This document shows, one piece after another, positions 1-11,580 of a DNA stretch of 51,245 bases (within the stretch, counting starts at the first letter, position 1; each line of letters starts with the position of its first letter). The DNA is from Candidatus Woesearchaeota archaeon (GTDB lineage: Archaea; Nanobdellota; Nanobdellia; Woesearchaeales; ARS49). The notes under the pieces are model-generated. The model was not told the DNA's origin and did not search any database. It saw only the letters and a list, made by a program, of their open reading frames with translations. Position numbers and translations under genes: made by a program. Location of the stretch: positions 1-51,245 of the forward strand of contig WJJT01000054.1 in NCBI GenBank assembly GCA_014729555.1. The letters are read 5' to 3'.

Positions 1-389
1 AACAAATCCCCTTCTTTTTCTGCTGCATGCTCCACTACATCAATAAGGGCGTTACCATACTCTCCGAGCTCAGCAGAACCAACTTTGCCGCGATTTTTAT
101 ATGCATCAAGCTGCATTCCATAACAAATACCAAGATAAGGAACACCTTCAGGAAGATTCTGAGGAGCGCCTTCATCTGTGACAGAACACTTTCCACCAGA
201 ACCAATAATACCTGCAAGACCCATCTCATCAATATCTTCCTGCGCGGTTTTATGTGACAATAAAACAGCATTAACTCCAAGATTAAGAATTCTCTTTCTG
301 ATTAAATTAGTGTACTGTCCACCATTATCAATAATGCCAATCTGAGGCTTTATACCGCCATCAGGCAAAAGTTCTTCTCCCGCACCCAT
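1..389 (-). CDS. guaA: GMP synthase glutamine amidotransferase domain (partial, runs off the left edge)
   Basis: Manual translation from the ATG at 389 gives MGAGEELLPDGGIKPQIGIIDNGGQYTNLIRKRI...GSGG...LGICYGMQL...GEYG. The DxGxQY and GICYGMQ motifs are typical of GuaA. Not in the ORF track because it is open at the edge. Confidence 0.85.
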   Translation of the reverse strand, partial: MGAGEELLPDGGIKPQIGIIDNGGQYTNLIRKRILNLGVNAVLLSHKTAQEDIDEMGLAGIIGSGGKCSVTDEGAPQNLPEGVPYLGICYGMQLDAYKNRGKVGSAELGEYGNALIDVVEHAAEKEGDL

Positions 390-497
390 AAAATGCAAAA
401 ACCGGTGTTTAATTAAAAGTATTTCTATGCTGGAAAAGCGATTTTAGAAAACCCAATGCCAATACATTTATATACCTGTATTTCCAAACAAAAAACC

Positions 498-3116
498 ATG
501 ACAGATTATTATTTAAAATCTGAAAAAGAGGTATTACAGGAATTACAGACTTCTGAAAAAGGGCTGTCACAATCAGAGGCAGAGGAAAGGCTGGAGAAAT
601 ACGGGCCAAACAAGATAGAGGAAGCAGACAAGATACATCCACTGCAGATACTTGCAAGGCAGTTCAAGAGCCCACTAGTGTGGATACTAATAATAGCAAT
701 GGTAATCTCATTCTTTGTGAAAGAATACACAGACTTCTATGTCATACTCGCAATAGTAATACTAAACGCAATACTCGGGTTTGTGCAGGAATACAGGGCA
801 GAGACAGCAATAGCAGCACTAAAGAAAATGATATCACAAAAAGCAATAGTGATACGAAGCGGAGTGCAGAAAGAGATAGATGCAACAGAAATCGTTCCAG
901 GAGACATACTAATACTTGAAACAGGAGAAAAAGTGCCAGCAGACGCAAGACTCACAGCCACAACAAACCTTGAGACACAGGAAGCAGCACTGACAGGGGA
1001 ATCAGTTCCTGTGAAAAAAGAGGCAATAGCACTCAGAAGCACAACACCAGTGGCAGACAGAAAAAACATGGTCTTCAATGGAACAGTAATCACAAAAGGA
1101 AGAGGAAAAGCAATTGTAGTTGCAACAGGAATGACTACAGAAATAGGAAAAATAGCAAAACTGATCAAAGAAGCACAGCCAGAGCCAACACCATTACAGA
1201 AAAAACTCAAGCATCTCAGCCAATTCCTTGGCATAGCAGTAATCGCAATAGCACTAATAGTATTCGGCGCAGGAATGCTCTACGGCAATGAACTCTTTGC
1301 AATGTTCCTTGCAGCAGTAGCACTTGCAGTAGCAGCAATACCAGAAGGACTGCCGGCAGTGGTGACAGTCGCGCTTGCAATGGGAGTCAAGAAAATGGCA
1401 AAACGCAATGCCCTTGTGAGAAAACTCCCAAGCGTAGAAACACTCGGGGCGTGCACAGTCATCTGCTCTGACAAGACAGGAACACTCACGCACAACCAAA
1501 TGACTGTCAAGAAAATATATGCGAATGATGAAGTTGTTGATGTCAGCGGCTCAGGATATGACCCAGAAGGAAAATTCACAAAAAACACAAACAGGTTTGA
1601 AAAACTTCTTTTAGCAGGGGTTCTGAACAACAACTCAAGCCTGAACAAGGAAAACAGCACCTGGCACGTGGTAGGAGACCCAACAGAAGCAGCACTGCTA
1701 GTGAGCGCTGAAAAAGCAGGACTGGACATATCAAGCCTCAAAGACAAATGCAAAAGAATAGAGGAAATAGAATTCACAGCAGAAAGAAAAAGAATGACAA
1801 CAGTAAACAAGGTAGGGCAGGAACACCTTGCATTCACAAAAGGAGCGCCAGAAGTCATACTAAAACTCTGCAACAGGATGCAGGTAAACGGAAAAACAGT
1901 CAGGCTCTCAAAAAAAGACAAGGACAAGATACTTGAAATGAACGAGAAATTCGCAGGAAACGCACTAAGAGTGCTCGGCTTCGCATACAAAGAAGTCTCA
2001 GGAAAAGTGTCAAGAAAAGAGCTTGAAGAAAACATGATATTCCTCGGCCTTCAGGGAATGATAGACCCTCCAAGGCCAGAGGTAAAAGAGGCAATAGCAA
2101 AATGCAGGACAGCAGGAATAAAAGTAATAATGGTAACAGGAGACCACAATGCAACAGCAATGGCAATAGCAAAACAGATAGGAATGCCAGGAAAAGCCCT
2201 GACAGGAGAAGAACTGGAAAACACAGAAAACCTTGAAGACCAGGTTGAAGACATTGCAGTGTTTGCAAGAGTAAACCCTTCACACAAAATAAAGATAATA
2301 GAGGCGCTCAAGAAAAAAGACCACATAGTTGCAATGACAGGAGACGGGGTGAATGACGCTCCTGCCCTTAAAAAAGCAGACCTTGGCATAGCAATGGGAA
2401 TAACAGGAACAGACGTGAGCAAGGAAGCAAGCGACATGATACTGGCAGATGACAACTTTGCATCAATAGTGAGCGCAGTAGAGGAGGGAAGAAACATATT
2501 TGACAACATTAAAAAATTTGTAGAATACCTGTTATCAAGCAACATGGGAGAGGTCCTGACAATCTTCATAGGAATACTCCTGAAAATGCCACTGCCGCTG
2601 ATGGCGATACAAATCCTGTGGATAAATTTAGTTACAGACGGCGCCCCTGCACTGGCGCTAAGCGCAGAACCGCCAGAACCAGGAATAATGAAAAGAAAAC
2701 CAAGAAAAGCACAGGAAAAAATAGTAAACAAAAAAAGAGGAATAATGATATTCCTGATAGGCATAATAATGATGCTCGGCACCCTTGGAATATTCCAGTG
2801 GTATAATCCTGAAGTAAACCTTACATATGCACAAACAATCGCATTCACAACACTGATGATGTACCAGATGTTCAACGTGCTAAACATGAGATCAGAGGAT
2901 TATTCCATATTCAGTTTAGGATTGTTTACAAACAAATGGCTAATAGGAGCAATACTGTTATCTGTCGGACTGCAGGTTGCAGTAGTTCATCTACCATTCA
3001 TGAACCCAATATTCGGGACAACAGCACTAACAGCCCTGGACTGGGTATACGCAGTCCTGATAAGCTCATCAGTGCTGATATTTGGAGAGATAGTAAAACT
3101 ATTCACAAAAGTGTAA
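498..3116 (+). CDS. Cation-transporting P-type ATPase (type II, Ca2+-like)
   Basis: TGES, PEGL, DKTGTLT phosphorylation site, KGAPE and TGDGVND motifs. Start set at MTDYYLK (498). Confidence 0.95.
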   Translation: MTDYYLKSEKEVLQELQTSEKGLSQSEAEERLEKYGPNKIEEADKIHPLQILARQFKSPLVWILIIAMVISFFVKEYTDFYVILAIVILNAILGFVQEYRAETAIAALKKMISQKAIVIRSGVQKEIDATEIVPGDILILETGEKVPADARLTATTNLETQEAALTGESVPVKKEAIALRSTTPVADRKNMVFNGTVITKGRGKAIVVATGMTTEIGKIAKLIKEAQPEPTPLQKKLKHLSQFLGIAVIAIALIVFGAGMLYGNELFAMFLAAVALAVAAIPEGLPAVVTVALAMGVKKMAKRNALVRKLPSVETLGACTVICSDKTGTLTHNQMTVKKIYANDEVVDVSGSGYDPEGKFTKNTNRFEKLLLAGVLNNNSSLNKENSTWHVVGDPTEAALLVSAEKAGLDISSLKDKCKRIEEIEFTAERKRMTTVNKVGQEHLAFTKGAPEVILKLCNRMQVNGKTVRLSKKDKDKILEMNEKFAGNALRVLGFAYKEVSGKVSRKELEENMIFLGLQGMIDPPRPEVKEAIAKCRTAGIKVIMVTGDHNATAMAIAKQIGMPGKALTGEELENTENLEDQVEDIAVFARVNPSHKIKIIEALKKKDHIVAMTGDGVNDAPALKKADLGIAMGITGTDVSKEASDMILADDNFASIVSAVEEGRNIFDNIKKFVEYLLSSNMGEVLTIFIGILLKMPLPLMAIQILWINLVTDGAPALALSAEPPEPGIMKRKPRKAQEKIVNKKRGIMIFLIGIIMMLGTLGIFQWYNPEVNLTYAQTIAFTTLMMYQMFNVLNMRSEDYSIFSLGLFTNKWLIGAILLSVGLQVAVVHLPFMNPIFGTTALTALDWVYAVLISSSVLIFGEIVKLFTKV

Positions 3117-3117
3117 A

Positions 3118-4101
3118 ATGGTATTTGCAAACATAATGGAAATGGGCCAGTCATTTGGCCACAATTACCCTGTCATATTCTACTCTATAGCCTGTGTTCT
3201 CAGCCTGATAATTGTATTGAAAGCATCTGATTTGGCAATCTACGGCATTTCCAATTATGCAAAAAAGCTGGGGATAAGCCATTACTTGATTGGATTTTTA
3301 GTGGTTGCAGTAGGAACCTCTCTTCCAGAATTAGTAGCATCCATAACAGGAGCATTAGCAGGGCAGACAAGCATGATATTCGGCACAGTAGTGGGCTCAA
3401 ATATCAGCGACCTGACATTGGTTTTAGGAATAATGGTAATAGTCGGCAGAACAATAAAAATGGAACACCCAATAGTTGGAAAAACATTTTTCCAGACACT
3501 TGCATTGGCTGCCTTGCCTGTAATTCTTGTCAGTGACGGAGCCTTGACAAGACCAGACGGAGTGATATTATTAGCCGGCTTTGGGGCATACATTGCAAGC
3601 CTCTGGCTCAAAGAAGGAAAACTCGGCAAGATGAAAAAAGACGTCAAGCTAAAGACATTATGGAAAGACGGATTTGTATTTGCAGGATGCATAGTTGCGC
3701 TGTTATTGGGTGCAAGGTGGCTGATTTATTCTGCATCACAGATAGCAGCAATAGCAGGAATACCACCATATGTTGTTGGTTTAACAATCATTGCACTCGG
3801 CACTTCTTTACCAGAAGTAATGGTAGAGGTAAAATCAATACTAAAAGGAATAAGCTCATTAGCATTTGGGGACTTACTAGGCTCAGTAATAGCAAACTCA
3901 ACAATGGTGCTTGGAGTAATAGCACTAATACACCCAATAGAAATCGCATTTAATTCTATAATATTTGCCTGCGCAATAATGATAGCAACAGTGCTGTTAG
4001 GCCTGTATTTCATGACAAAAAAACAGATAACCTGGAAACACGGCATTGTACTGGTTTCAATCTATGTTGTATTCTTTGTGATGCAGTTCTTTTTAATGTA
4101 A
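3118..4101 (+). CDS. Na+/Ca2+ (CaCA family) antiporter
   Basis: Two GTSLPE alpha-repeats, GSN motif, about 10 TM helices. Confidence 0.92.
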   Translation: MVFANIMEMGQSFGHNYPVIFYSIACVLSLIIVLKASDLAIYGISNYAKKLGISHYLIGFLVVAVGTSLPELVASITGALAGQTSMIFGTVVGSNISDLTLVLGIMVIVGRTIKMEHPIVGKTFFQTLALAALPVILVSDGALTRPDGVILLAGFGAYIASLWLKEGKLGKMKKDVKLKTLWKDGFVFAGCIVALLLGARWLIYSASQIAAIAGIPPYVVGLTIIALGTSLPEVMVEVKSILKGISSLAFGDLLGSVIANSTMVLGVIALIHPIEIAFNSIIFACAIMIATVLLGLYFMTKKQITWKHGIVLVSIYVVFFVMQFFLM

Positions 4102-4189
4102 TTACCTTTTAGCGGTGTTTACACACAAACTTTATAAAGGGCGGCTTTCTTTATTTTACATAACACAAAATATGGGGGACAATACAAAA

Positions 4190-5827
4190 ATGGTATTCAA
4201 AAGAATAAAATCAGGATTAATTACACTAGCAGCATTAGCAGCACTACTGGCACCAGGATGCTCAGAAAAAACCAACACAGAATACATTTATCCAGAAAAC
4301 ACGCAGCAAATACCGACAGCTGCGCTTAAGGCAGTATCTGATGACGGAGAGTATGCAGCACTAAGCATGAAAGACAAGACAGACCTGGAAGCCATGCTAT
4401 TCAGTGCAGGCACAGGAACCACAAAAAACATGTCAAATTCCCCGCTTGCAAGTGATTTTGCAAGAACCTTTGCAGGGCACAACCTTGTGACAACAACAAG
4501 AGACGAAAAGAACAATGCGCAAATAAAAATATACAATACAGCAGGAGACACAATCTTTACATCAGACAAATTCAACTGGGTAAATGACGTCATTTCATAT
4601 CCAGACAACACAAAAATTATATTCAACGGAACAGACTATGACCACTACAGCCATGTGCATTCACACACAATAGGAAGCCAGAGTGCAGAAAAACTATTCC
4701 CTGATGCAAAAGCAAGCTATGTAGAGGTAAAATCACAGGATGATTCTGTCATCTTCATGTATGCATTCAGCCCTTCAAACGGAGACACATTATACATGCT
4801 AAAGACAGCAGACGACACAATAACACCAATAGTAAACCTGCCAGCAAACCAGGTCTTTGAAATCTCAAAAAACAACGCAACAGCCATACTTTACGATTGG
4901 AACAACCAAAGAATAAAAACAGTGGATACAGCCACTGCAGACGTACAAGCAGCAGACATACCTGCTGGCAAGCAGTTTCAAAATGTAGACAGGCTCTCTG
5001 AAACCGGGCTTGGAGCAATGCTGCAGTTTGGAGACACTGCAACTGGAAAAACAGAGTTCTGGCACTTTAACACACAAAACAGAACACTAGATTTTGTAAC
5101 AGAGAGAGCCACAGGAACAGCACACAGGTATCCAATGCAAATCTCTCCAGACGGAAAAACAACTGTGTTCAGCAAGCATGACTCTTCAACAGGAGACGGC
5201 GTACTAATTCATAATGCAGACACTTCTGATCTCTATAATCCAATAGGAACAGCAACAACCTGGGCAGACTGCAGAGGATTCAGCTCAGACGGAAAAGCAA
5301 TAATCCAGTATGATGACAGCGCCACAGGCGATAACAAGGCAGTTCTGCATGACACTGAAACAAAAACAAACACAGCCCTGGGAGATGCTGCAAATTACAG
5401 GCTTCACTGGTGCAATGACCCAACACCTGCCAGGAATCACCTGCCAATAAACGCAGCAGACCTGTCAACAGGATGGAATGTAGTGCTGCTTGAAGACTTG
5501 GCAAACAGCGGAAGAAAAGTCATCAGCCAGGCAGGGATAGACCTTGAATACATGGGGGCATCACCAGACAGCAAGTACATACTGCTAAAAGGGAAAAACA
5601 ATTCATCTCAAGAGAACCCAGCAAACCTGTTCGTGTATAATATTGAAGATGAAGAACTGACACAAGCCACACACAATACAGACCCAAGGCTTGACTGGAT
5701 ATACTTATCAATGCACTCAAAAGACGGCAGCAATGCATACTTTGAGGAAAAGTTTGACAACGGAACAAGCCTGGTGAAAGAGCTGGATTATGAAACACTT
5801 GAAGTGAAAGAAGTGGCTTATCAGTAG
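4190..5827 (+). CDS. Lipoprotein, probable beta-propeller (TolB-like repeats)
   Basis: Signal peptide with lipobox LAPGC; repeated SPDG/SxDG-type motifs; beta-rich composition. Confidence 0.7.
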   Translation: MVFKRIKSGLITLAALAALLAPGCSEKTNTEYIYPENTQQIPTAALKAVSDDGEYAALSMKDKTDLEAMLFSAGTGTTKNMSNSPLASDFARTFAGHNLVTTTRDEKNNAQIKIYNTAGDTIFTSDKFNWVNDVISYPDNTKIIFNGTDYDHYSHVHSHTIGSQSAEKLFPDAKASYVEVKSQDDSVIFMYAFSPSNGDTLYMLKTADDTITPIVNLPANQVFEISKNNATAILYDWNNQRIKTVDTATADVQAADIPAGKQFQNVDRLSETGLGAMLQFGDTATGKTEFWHFNTQNRTLDFVTERATGTAHRYPMQISPDGKTTVFSKHDSSTGDGVLIHNADTSDLYNPIGTATTWADCRGFSSDGKAIIQYDDSATGDNKAVLHDTETKTNTALGDAANYRLHWCNDPTPARNHLPINAADLSTGWNVVLLEDLANSGRKVISQAGIDLEYMGASPDSKYILLKGKNNSSQENPANLFVYNIEDEELTQATHNTDPRLDWIYLSMHSKDGSNAYFEEKFDNGTSLVKELDYETLEVKEVAYQ

Positions 5828-5844
5828 ATTTTTTATTTTTAATA

Positions 5845-6252
5845 TTATTCTTTCCTAAACAAATCTTCTAAAACAATCCTATCATTATCAGAAATCTTCA
5901 GGCTTTTCAATTCATCAAAAGAAAAAAGACTCAAATCCCTGCCTTCTTCCTACTGTTTTCTCAAGAAATCAATAGAATACCCTAATGGCGCGGTGTAAAC
6001 AAATTTCTCAAACAAGCCAGGCTTTTCCTGCGCCTCATAGCTCTTAAAAAATTTAAAGTCTTTAAGCTCAATGCCAAGCTCTTCCCCAGCCTCTCTTACC
6101 ACTGCCTGCTCTGGAGTTTCGCCTTCTTCAATGCCGCCACCAAAAAAAGCCCAGTAATCAGGCAAAAGCTTTGCAGATTCAGACCTATGCTGAAGAAGAA
6201 CCTTATCTTCTGCGTCTCTCAAAACAAACAATGCAACTCTTCTTGCGTACAT
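5845..6252 (-). pseudogene. NUDIX hydrolase interrupted by an in-frame TAG at 5950-5952
   Basis: Nudix box GGGIEEGETPEQAVVREAGEELG. After LRKQ-TAG the frame continues for 34 codons (EEGRDLSLFSFDELKSLKISDNDRIVLEDLFRKE) to a TAA at 5845, resembling a Nudix C-terminus. Confidence 0.75.
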
Positions 6253-6284
6253 GCAATAAAATAACAGAACAAAGTTTATAAAAC

Positions 6285-7514
6285 TTATCTCTTAATCCTA
6301 AAAAATATCCATATTACCGGCAGGAAAACAAATGCAGAAGCAAATATTGTCAGTCTTGCCCCAAATACATCAACCAAGGGGCCTGCAATCAAAGTAGAAA
6401 CAGCACCGCCTATTGCAAGGACCATTGACTGCATTGATGTTATTGTTGCACGCATTCTTGATGGGATTTTTTTCTGGATAAATGGGTTAAGTATCGGGTA
6501 TGTGAAGCTGCCAATCTCAAATAATGCTATCAGAAGCAGTAATCCCACAATCGGTCCTGCTACAAAGATTATGCTCAGCGTCATAATGCAATTAAGAATA
6601 AAACTGAACCTCAAAATCTTGATATCCTTGTATCTGCGCAATGCAGGCTTTGCCAGAAATGGAAGCAGGATCCCAAAAACAGCTGCAAGGCTTCTCATCC
6701 ACCCAAAATCCTTTAATTCAAAACCAAGCTCTATAAGCATCGGCTGATATGCAAAGCCAAGTATTCCTCCAATAAGACCAAACAATAACATAGAAATAAA
6801 CACAAGGAGCAATACAGTGTGATGCCTGATGTAAGAAGCACCTTTTCTAGAGTAATGCAAGACACCCAGTAGTTGCAGATGTATTTTCTTCTTCTTTCTC
6901 TTAAAATCCTCTTTTGTGAACAGCAACAAAACCAAAAGCGCAAAAGATATGCCTGCAGCCTGGAAAAACCAAACAAAATCAGCGCCAAAAAACACGTGAT
7001 TAAACAGAACATAAGTCTCATCTGCATCAAACACCATCAATATCCCTGTCAGCAAGACCCCTGCAAGCAGGATGCCTGCAGATGCCAGGCTGCGATATTT
7101 AACATAAAAATCAGGTATGTACTCTTTCTTGTTCTGCTTCTTGAGATAATCAATGACCCAAGCCTCTTCTGCACCAGACCTGAATGTGATGGCAATGCCC
7201 ATCATCGTGAACAGTAGTATAAGAACCAAAAAGCTCTGTATAAACGGCGCGAGAACTGCAAACAATATCATGAGAAGAAAGCCGATGGCAACACTGGTTT
7301 TCCTGCCAAAAATATCAGCAACAGCCCCTGTAGGGACTTCGAAAAGAAAAGTGGCTACAATCAAAATACTCATGCCAACACCAACTTCTGTAAATGAAAA
7401 CCCCTTCTGCACAAAATAAACAGTCCATATCAAGGAGCCAATCCCAAAAATGTGCTCAATAAATAAGAATAAGTAAAACGGCCAAAGCAGTCTTAATTCC
7501 TCTTTTTTGAACAT
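6285..7514 (-). CDS. MFS transporter
   Basis: EVPTGAVADIFGRK motif-A variant and about 12 TM segments. Confidence 0.9.
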   Translation of the reverse strand: MFKKEELRLLWPFYLFLFIEHIFGIGSLIWTVYFVQKGFSFTEVGVGMSILIVATFLFEVPTGAVADIFGRKTSVAIGFLLMILFAVLAPFIQSFLVLILLFTMMGIAITFRSGAEEAWVIDYLKKQNKKEYIPDFYVKYRSLASAGILLAGVLLTGILMVFDADETYVLFNHVFFGADFVWFFQAAGISFALLVLLLFTKEDFKRKKKKIHLQLLGVLHYSRKGASYIRHHTVLLLVFISMLLFGLIGGILGFAYQPMLIELGFELKDFGWMRSLAAVFGILLPFLAKPALRRYKDIKILRFSFILNCIMTLSIIFVAGPIVGLLLLIALFEIGSFTYPILNPFIQKKIPSRMRATITSMQSMVLAIGGAVSTLIAGPLVDVFGARLTIFASAFVFLPVIWIFFRIKR

Positions 7515-7552
7515 AACCCAGAATCAGAAAGATGTATTTAAAATCTTTTCTA

Positions 7553-8461
7553 TCAATACTCCTCAGCTTCCCAGAACCGTCCGTTAGTAATCCTTTCCCA
7601 CTCTTTGATCACTGTTTCCTGAATCTCTCCAATCTGCTCCTCAGTTAAATGCTTAAAGCGTCCTTGAATCTTTAAAGCTTCTTTGACAGGAATCATCTCA
7701 GGCTTGTGATTGATTGTTATTTTCTTTTTCTCAATCTCATAGAGAGGCCACATGCCAGACTCAACCATAAGTTTACCAGATTTTATAGTCTCATGCGGCT
7801 TGACAAGCCAGCCAGGCTCGCAAGGAGACAACAAATCAATAAAAACAGAACCCTCAACCTTGGCAGCCTTTCTTAACTTCCTGATAAAATCAAAAGGAAA
7901 AGAGACACAAGCAGTAGCACAATAATCAGCACCACCCATAGCCATCATCTTAGCCATGTTCTTCCTGGGCAAAGGATTGCCAATAGGAGGCGGTGTAGTA
8001 GTAGTCCTGGCATACTTCTCAGTAGCAGAAGTGCACTGATGCCCTGTATTGGCAAACTGGCAGTTATTATAACAAATGTAAATAATCTTTTCCCTCCTGT
8101 GAATCATTCCACTTAAAGACTGTAAACCAATATCATAAGTAGCGCCATCACCAGCATAAACAACAACATGAGTATCCTTGTCTTTCTTAAGAGCCTTCAA
8201 GCCCATCAAGATACCAGCAGCAACAGAGCCGCCATTCTCAATAGCACCATGAACCCAGGGAATCCTGTAAGGAGTAAAAGGCCAGGTAGCAGTAAGAGTC
8301 ATGCAGCCAGAAGAATTAACCATAATAACATTCCTGCCCAAAGCAATAAGAGTCAATCTAATACCCAAGACAGGATTACAGCCAGCACAAGCAAAAGTGC
8401 CTCCAGTAAGCAAGTGCGGTTTCTTCATCTCCTCTTTTATGTTAAAATCTACATCTGCCAT
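7553..8461 (-). CDS. porB: 2-oxoacid:ferredoxin oxidoreductase beta subunit (TPP-binding)
   Basis: ACAGC, GDG...NN TPP motif, SPCxxGW. Confidence 0.9.
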   Translation of the reverse strand: MADVDFNIKEEMKKPHLLTGGTFACAGCNPVLGIRLTLIALGRNVIMVNSSGCMTLTATWPFTPYRIPWVHGAIENGGSVAAGILMGLKALKKDKDTHVVVYAGDGATYDIGLQSLSGMIHRREKIIYICYNNCQFANTGHQCTSATEKYARTTTTPPPIGNPLPRKNMAKMMAMGGADYCATACVSFPFDFIRKLRKAAKVEGSVFIDLLSPCEPGWLVKPHETIKSGKLMVESGMWPLYEIEKKKITINHKPEMIPVKEALKIQGRFKHLTEEQIGEIQETVIKEWERITNGRFWEAEEY

Positions 8462-9588
8462 TTTCTATCATCTGCCTTAGCTTTTAAAACATCATTCAGG
8501 ATATCAACATAATCATCTTCTGAAACAAAATTTCCTCCTAAACCCTGAATATAATTACAAACAACATTTTTACAACCAGACAAGGCCATCTTGACCTCTG
8601 GATAAAGAATACCACCCATGCCAGGACAGATATTCTGGTCAATAACAGCAATATTATCAATCTTTTCAAGAGCCTTTCTTAACTGCTTTTCAGGAAAAGG
8701 CCTGAACAACCTAATCCTTAACAAACCAACCTTTTTTCCTTTTTTCCGCATTTTATCAACAGCAGAACGGGCAATAGTTGAGTTAGCACCAATCATCACA
8801 ATCACAGCCTTTGCATCCTTTGTCTTATACTCATCCAAAAACTCATACTTCCTGCCAGTCACTTTAGCCCAGGCTTTCTGAACATTGTCAACAACATCAA
8901 AAGAATCAAGCATAGCCTTATGCAATTGCTGCCTATACCTCATGTAATCAAGGCCCATTGCAGGAATACCCAGAGTCATAGGCTTCTTGACATCCAGCCT
9001 GACCTCTAATTCAGGATGAGACAGGAACTTGTCAACAAGCTTTTGCTCAGGAACATCAACCTCTGTCCTTGTGTAAGAATGCACAAAACCATCCATGTTA
9101 ACAATAACAGGAAGCAAAATCTTAGGATTCTCAGAAATCCTGTAAGCCATAATCACACTATCCAAGACCTCCTGATTAGTCTCGCAAATCAGCATAATCC
9201 AGCCAGCATCACGCATGGCCAAGGTATCATTGTGATCAGGCCACAAACCGATAGGAGCAGACAAGCACCTTGAGACTGTTGTAAGCACCATAGGAGTCCT
9301 GCAGCCAGAAATAATAGGAAGCATCTCATGCATCAACAACAAGCCCTGAGACGAAGTTGCTGAAAAAGTCCTTGCACCAGTCATAGAAGCACCCAAGCAA
9401 GCGCTTGCAGCACTATGCTCTGACTCCAACACAACAAACTCTCCAGGAAATTTTCCATCAGCCTTCCAGGCAGCAATAGTCTCAATAATCTCAGTAGTGG
9501 GAGTGATAGGAAAAACAGGAACACACTGCACCTTAGCCCTACGAGCACCCCATGCAGCACAAGCATTACCATCAAGTATGTCAATCAT
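8449..9588 (-). CDS. porA: 2-oxoacid:ferredoxin oxidoreductase alpha subunit
   Basis: FPITP, ESEH, ATSSQGL and RLFRPFP motifs. Confidence 0.92.
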   Translation of the reverse strand: MIDILDGNACAAWGARRAKVQCVPVFPITPTTEIIETIAAWKADGKFPGEFVVLESEHSAASACLGASMTGARTFSATSSQGLLLMHEMLPIISGCRTPMVLTTVSRCLSAPIGLWPDHNDTLAMRDAGWIMLICETNQEVLDSVIMAYRISENPKILLPVIVNMDGFVHSYTRTEVDVPEQKLVDKFLSHPELEVRLDVKKPMTLGIPAMGLDYMRYRQQLHKAMLDSFDVVDNVQKAWAKVTGRKYEFLDEYKTKDAKAVIVMIGANSTIARSAVDKMRKKGKKVGLLRIRLFRPFPEKQLRKALEKIDNIAVIDQNICPGMGGILYPEVKMALSGCKNVVCNYIQGLGGNFVSEDDYVDILNDVLKAKADDRKWQM

Positions 9589-9896
9589 TTTTTATGCAGC
9601 TTACCCCTCTCTTGCTCAACTGAAATACACTTAACAGGACAAACCTCAACACAAAGCAGGCAGCCCTTGCAGACCTTTGAATTACACACAGGAAAACCCT
9701 CTTTGTTAAAATCATAAGCAGCATCTGGGCAATGCAACCAGCACATACCGCACTTAATGCATTTGTCATAATCAATAACAGGCTTGAAAGTGCGCCAATT
9801 AGCACGCTCAATCAACTGCTGCTTTTCAACAGCATGAGGAATGCCTTTCTTGCCCAAATTCTTAATGTCCTTTTCCTTGATAATCTTGCTCAACAT
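9585..9896 (-). CDS. porD: 2-oxoacid:ferredoxin oxidoreductase delta subunit (2x[4Fe-4S])
   Basis: WRTFKPVID followed by two CxxCxxCxxxCP motifs. Confidence 0.9.
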   Translation of the reverse strand: MLSKIIKEKDIKNLGKKGIPHAVEKQQLIERANWRTFKPVIDYDKCIKCGMCWLHCPDAAYDFNKEGFPVCNSKVCKGCLLCVEVCPVKCISVEQERGKLHKK

Positions 9897-10444
9897 ACCA
9901 CCTTGTCATAACAGATCTCAGCAGCCTGCAAATTCTTCTTTACAGCCTCTGGATGCTTTTTCCCTAATTCAATCTCAACAGCCTTTGCCAAATGATCCAT
10001 GTCAATCTCCTTGAAAATCTTGACAAAAGCACCCAACAAAGCAATATTAGGAATATTCCTGCCAATAACCTGCACAGCAACACCAGTAGCATCAACCTTG
10101 CAGTACTCAACATCCAGCTTCAGGTCCCTTGCAGTGTTAATCAGCTCTTTAGTCGTCTTTTTCCTGCCCTTCAGGTGACAGGAAAGCTCTAAAGTATCAT
10201 CCAGAACAATAATAAAATCAGGATTCCAGACATAACCCCTTGTGCCGATAGGCTTTTTATCAAGCCTCACAAAACTAGTGACAGGAGCCCCCCTTCTCTC
10301 TGCGCCATACAAGGCAAAATCCTGAGTAAAATAGCCTGCAAGATACGCAGCCCTGGCTAAAATCTGTGCAGCCTTCTTTACACCCTGGCCGCCTCTTCCA
10401 TGCAGTCTTATTGAAATCATCTTTTCCTGTATTTTTTTAGCCAT
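9890..10444 (-). CDS. porG: 2-oxoacid:ferredoxin oxidoreductase gamma subunit
   Basis: HGRGGQG and YGAERRGAP motifs. Confidence 0.92.
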   Translation of the reverse strand: MAKKIQEKMISIRLHGRGGQGVKKAAQILARAAYLAGYFTQDFALYGAERRGAPVTSFVRLDKKPIGTRGYVWNPDFIIVLDDTLELSCHLKGRKKTTKELINTARDLKLDVEYCKVDATGVAVQVIGRNIPNIALLGAFVKIFKEIDMDHLAKAVEIELGKKHPEAVKKNLQAAEICYDKVVC

Positions 10445-11580
10445 GGCTCCATCCTCTTCAGGGCCTTTTGAATCAATTTATAATCAGTAGCAAAAGAAAA
10501 CCTGGCATGGCCTTCCCCTACAGTACCAAAATCAATGCCAGGAACAGCAGCAACCTTTGCCTCCTTAATCATCTTATTGCAAAACCTCTTGCTATTATCA
10601 TCAAACTGTCTTATATTACCAAAAGCATAAAACGCACCCTTAGGCATTGGACAGCTGATGCCCATCTCATTCAAGGCAGGAACAATCAAATTCCTTCTCC
10701 TGTCATACTCCTTAACCATCTGTTTTGCATGCCTGTCACCCATCTTCAGGGCTTTCAGGCCAATCAACTGAGAAATGCTCGGAGCACAAATAGTGGACAG
10801 TATATGAGTCTTCTTTATAGCCTCTGCCAAATCCTCATTACAAACAACATAACCAAGCCTGTGCCCGCACATTGCATAACTCTTTGAAAAAGTCTGAAAA
10901 GTAACTGCATAATCCTCCATGCCATTAAAAGATGCAATAGAATAATGCTTTGCACCATCATAAAGAATATGCTCATACGCCTCATCAGAAAAAATATACA
11001 AGTCATGCTCAACAGCAATATCTGCAAGCTCTTCCAATATCTTTTTACTGAGAACATTTCCAGTAGGGTTTGCAGGAGAATTAATCAGCAAAACCTTTGT
11101 TTTTTTCCTGTTAACCGCCTTTTTAACAGCATCAGGATTAACAGCATAATCATCCTCTTCCTTAAGCTCAACAAAACGCGGATTTGCATTAAACAACTCA
11201 AAAGTCGGGAGAAAGCCCATAAAGCCAGGATCAGGAAGAATAATCTGCTCAGAAACATCCAGGCAGCAGGCAGTTGCAAGCATCAAGGCCTCTTGCGAAC
11301 CGCAGGTCACAACAACATTATCAGGAGAAACCTTAATCTTATTCCCTTTTTTCAGCTTTTTACAAATCTCCTCCCTTAACTCCTTGAACCCGCCAGGAGG
11401 GGCATAATGATTCACCTTGTGCGCAAGTCTTTTTGTGTGAGCAACAAGACTTGGATGCAGTTCAAAATCCGGCTCACCAGGACCTAAAGAGATTATCTCG
11501 GGATGCTCAACAGCAATCTCCAACAGCTTGTCAATCTCCAGGTCAGGAAGCTCCTGCTCCCTCTCAGACAACTCAACCAT
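10417..11580 (-). CDS. PLP-dependent class I aminotransferase
   Basis: GEPDF, NSPANPTG, SDEAY and TFSKSYAMCGHRLG (PLP lysine). Confidence 0.93.
   Translation of the reverse strand: MVELSEREQELPDLEIDKLLEIAVEHPEIISLGPGEPDFELHPSLVAHTKRLAHKVNHYAPPGGFKELREEICKKLKKGNKIKVSPDNVVVTCGSQEALMLATACCLDVSEQIILPDPGFMGFLPTFELFNANPRFVELKEEDDYAVNPDAVKKAVNRKKTKVLLINSPANPTGNVLSKKILEELADIAVEHDLYIFSDEAYEHILYDGAKHYSIASFNGMEDYAVTFQTFSKSYAMCGHRLGYVVCNEDLAEAIKKTHILSTICAPSISQLIGLKALKMGDRHAKQMVKEYDRRRNLIVPALNEMGISCPMPKGAFYAFGNIRQFDDNSKRFCNKMIKEAKVAAVPGIDFGTVGEGHARFSFATDYKLIQKALKRMEPWLKKYRKR

Noticed and set aside
27-280. ORF-track ORFs 27..257 (+) and 35..280 (-)
   Set aside because: They overlap the guaA-like frame 1-389, which carries the real motifs.
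5950-5952. Genome-wide amber recoding or pyrrolysine
   Set aside because: TAG ends several genes at their expected C-termini (13757, 20706, 50119), and no CUA tRNA or pyl genes are seen.
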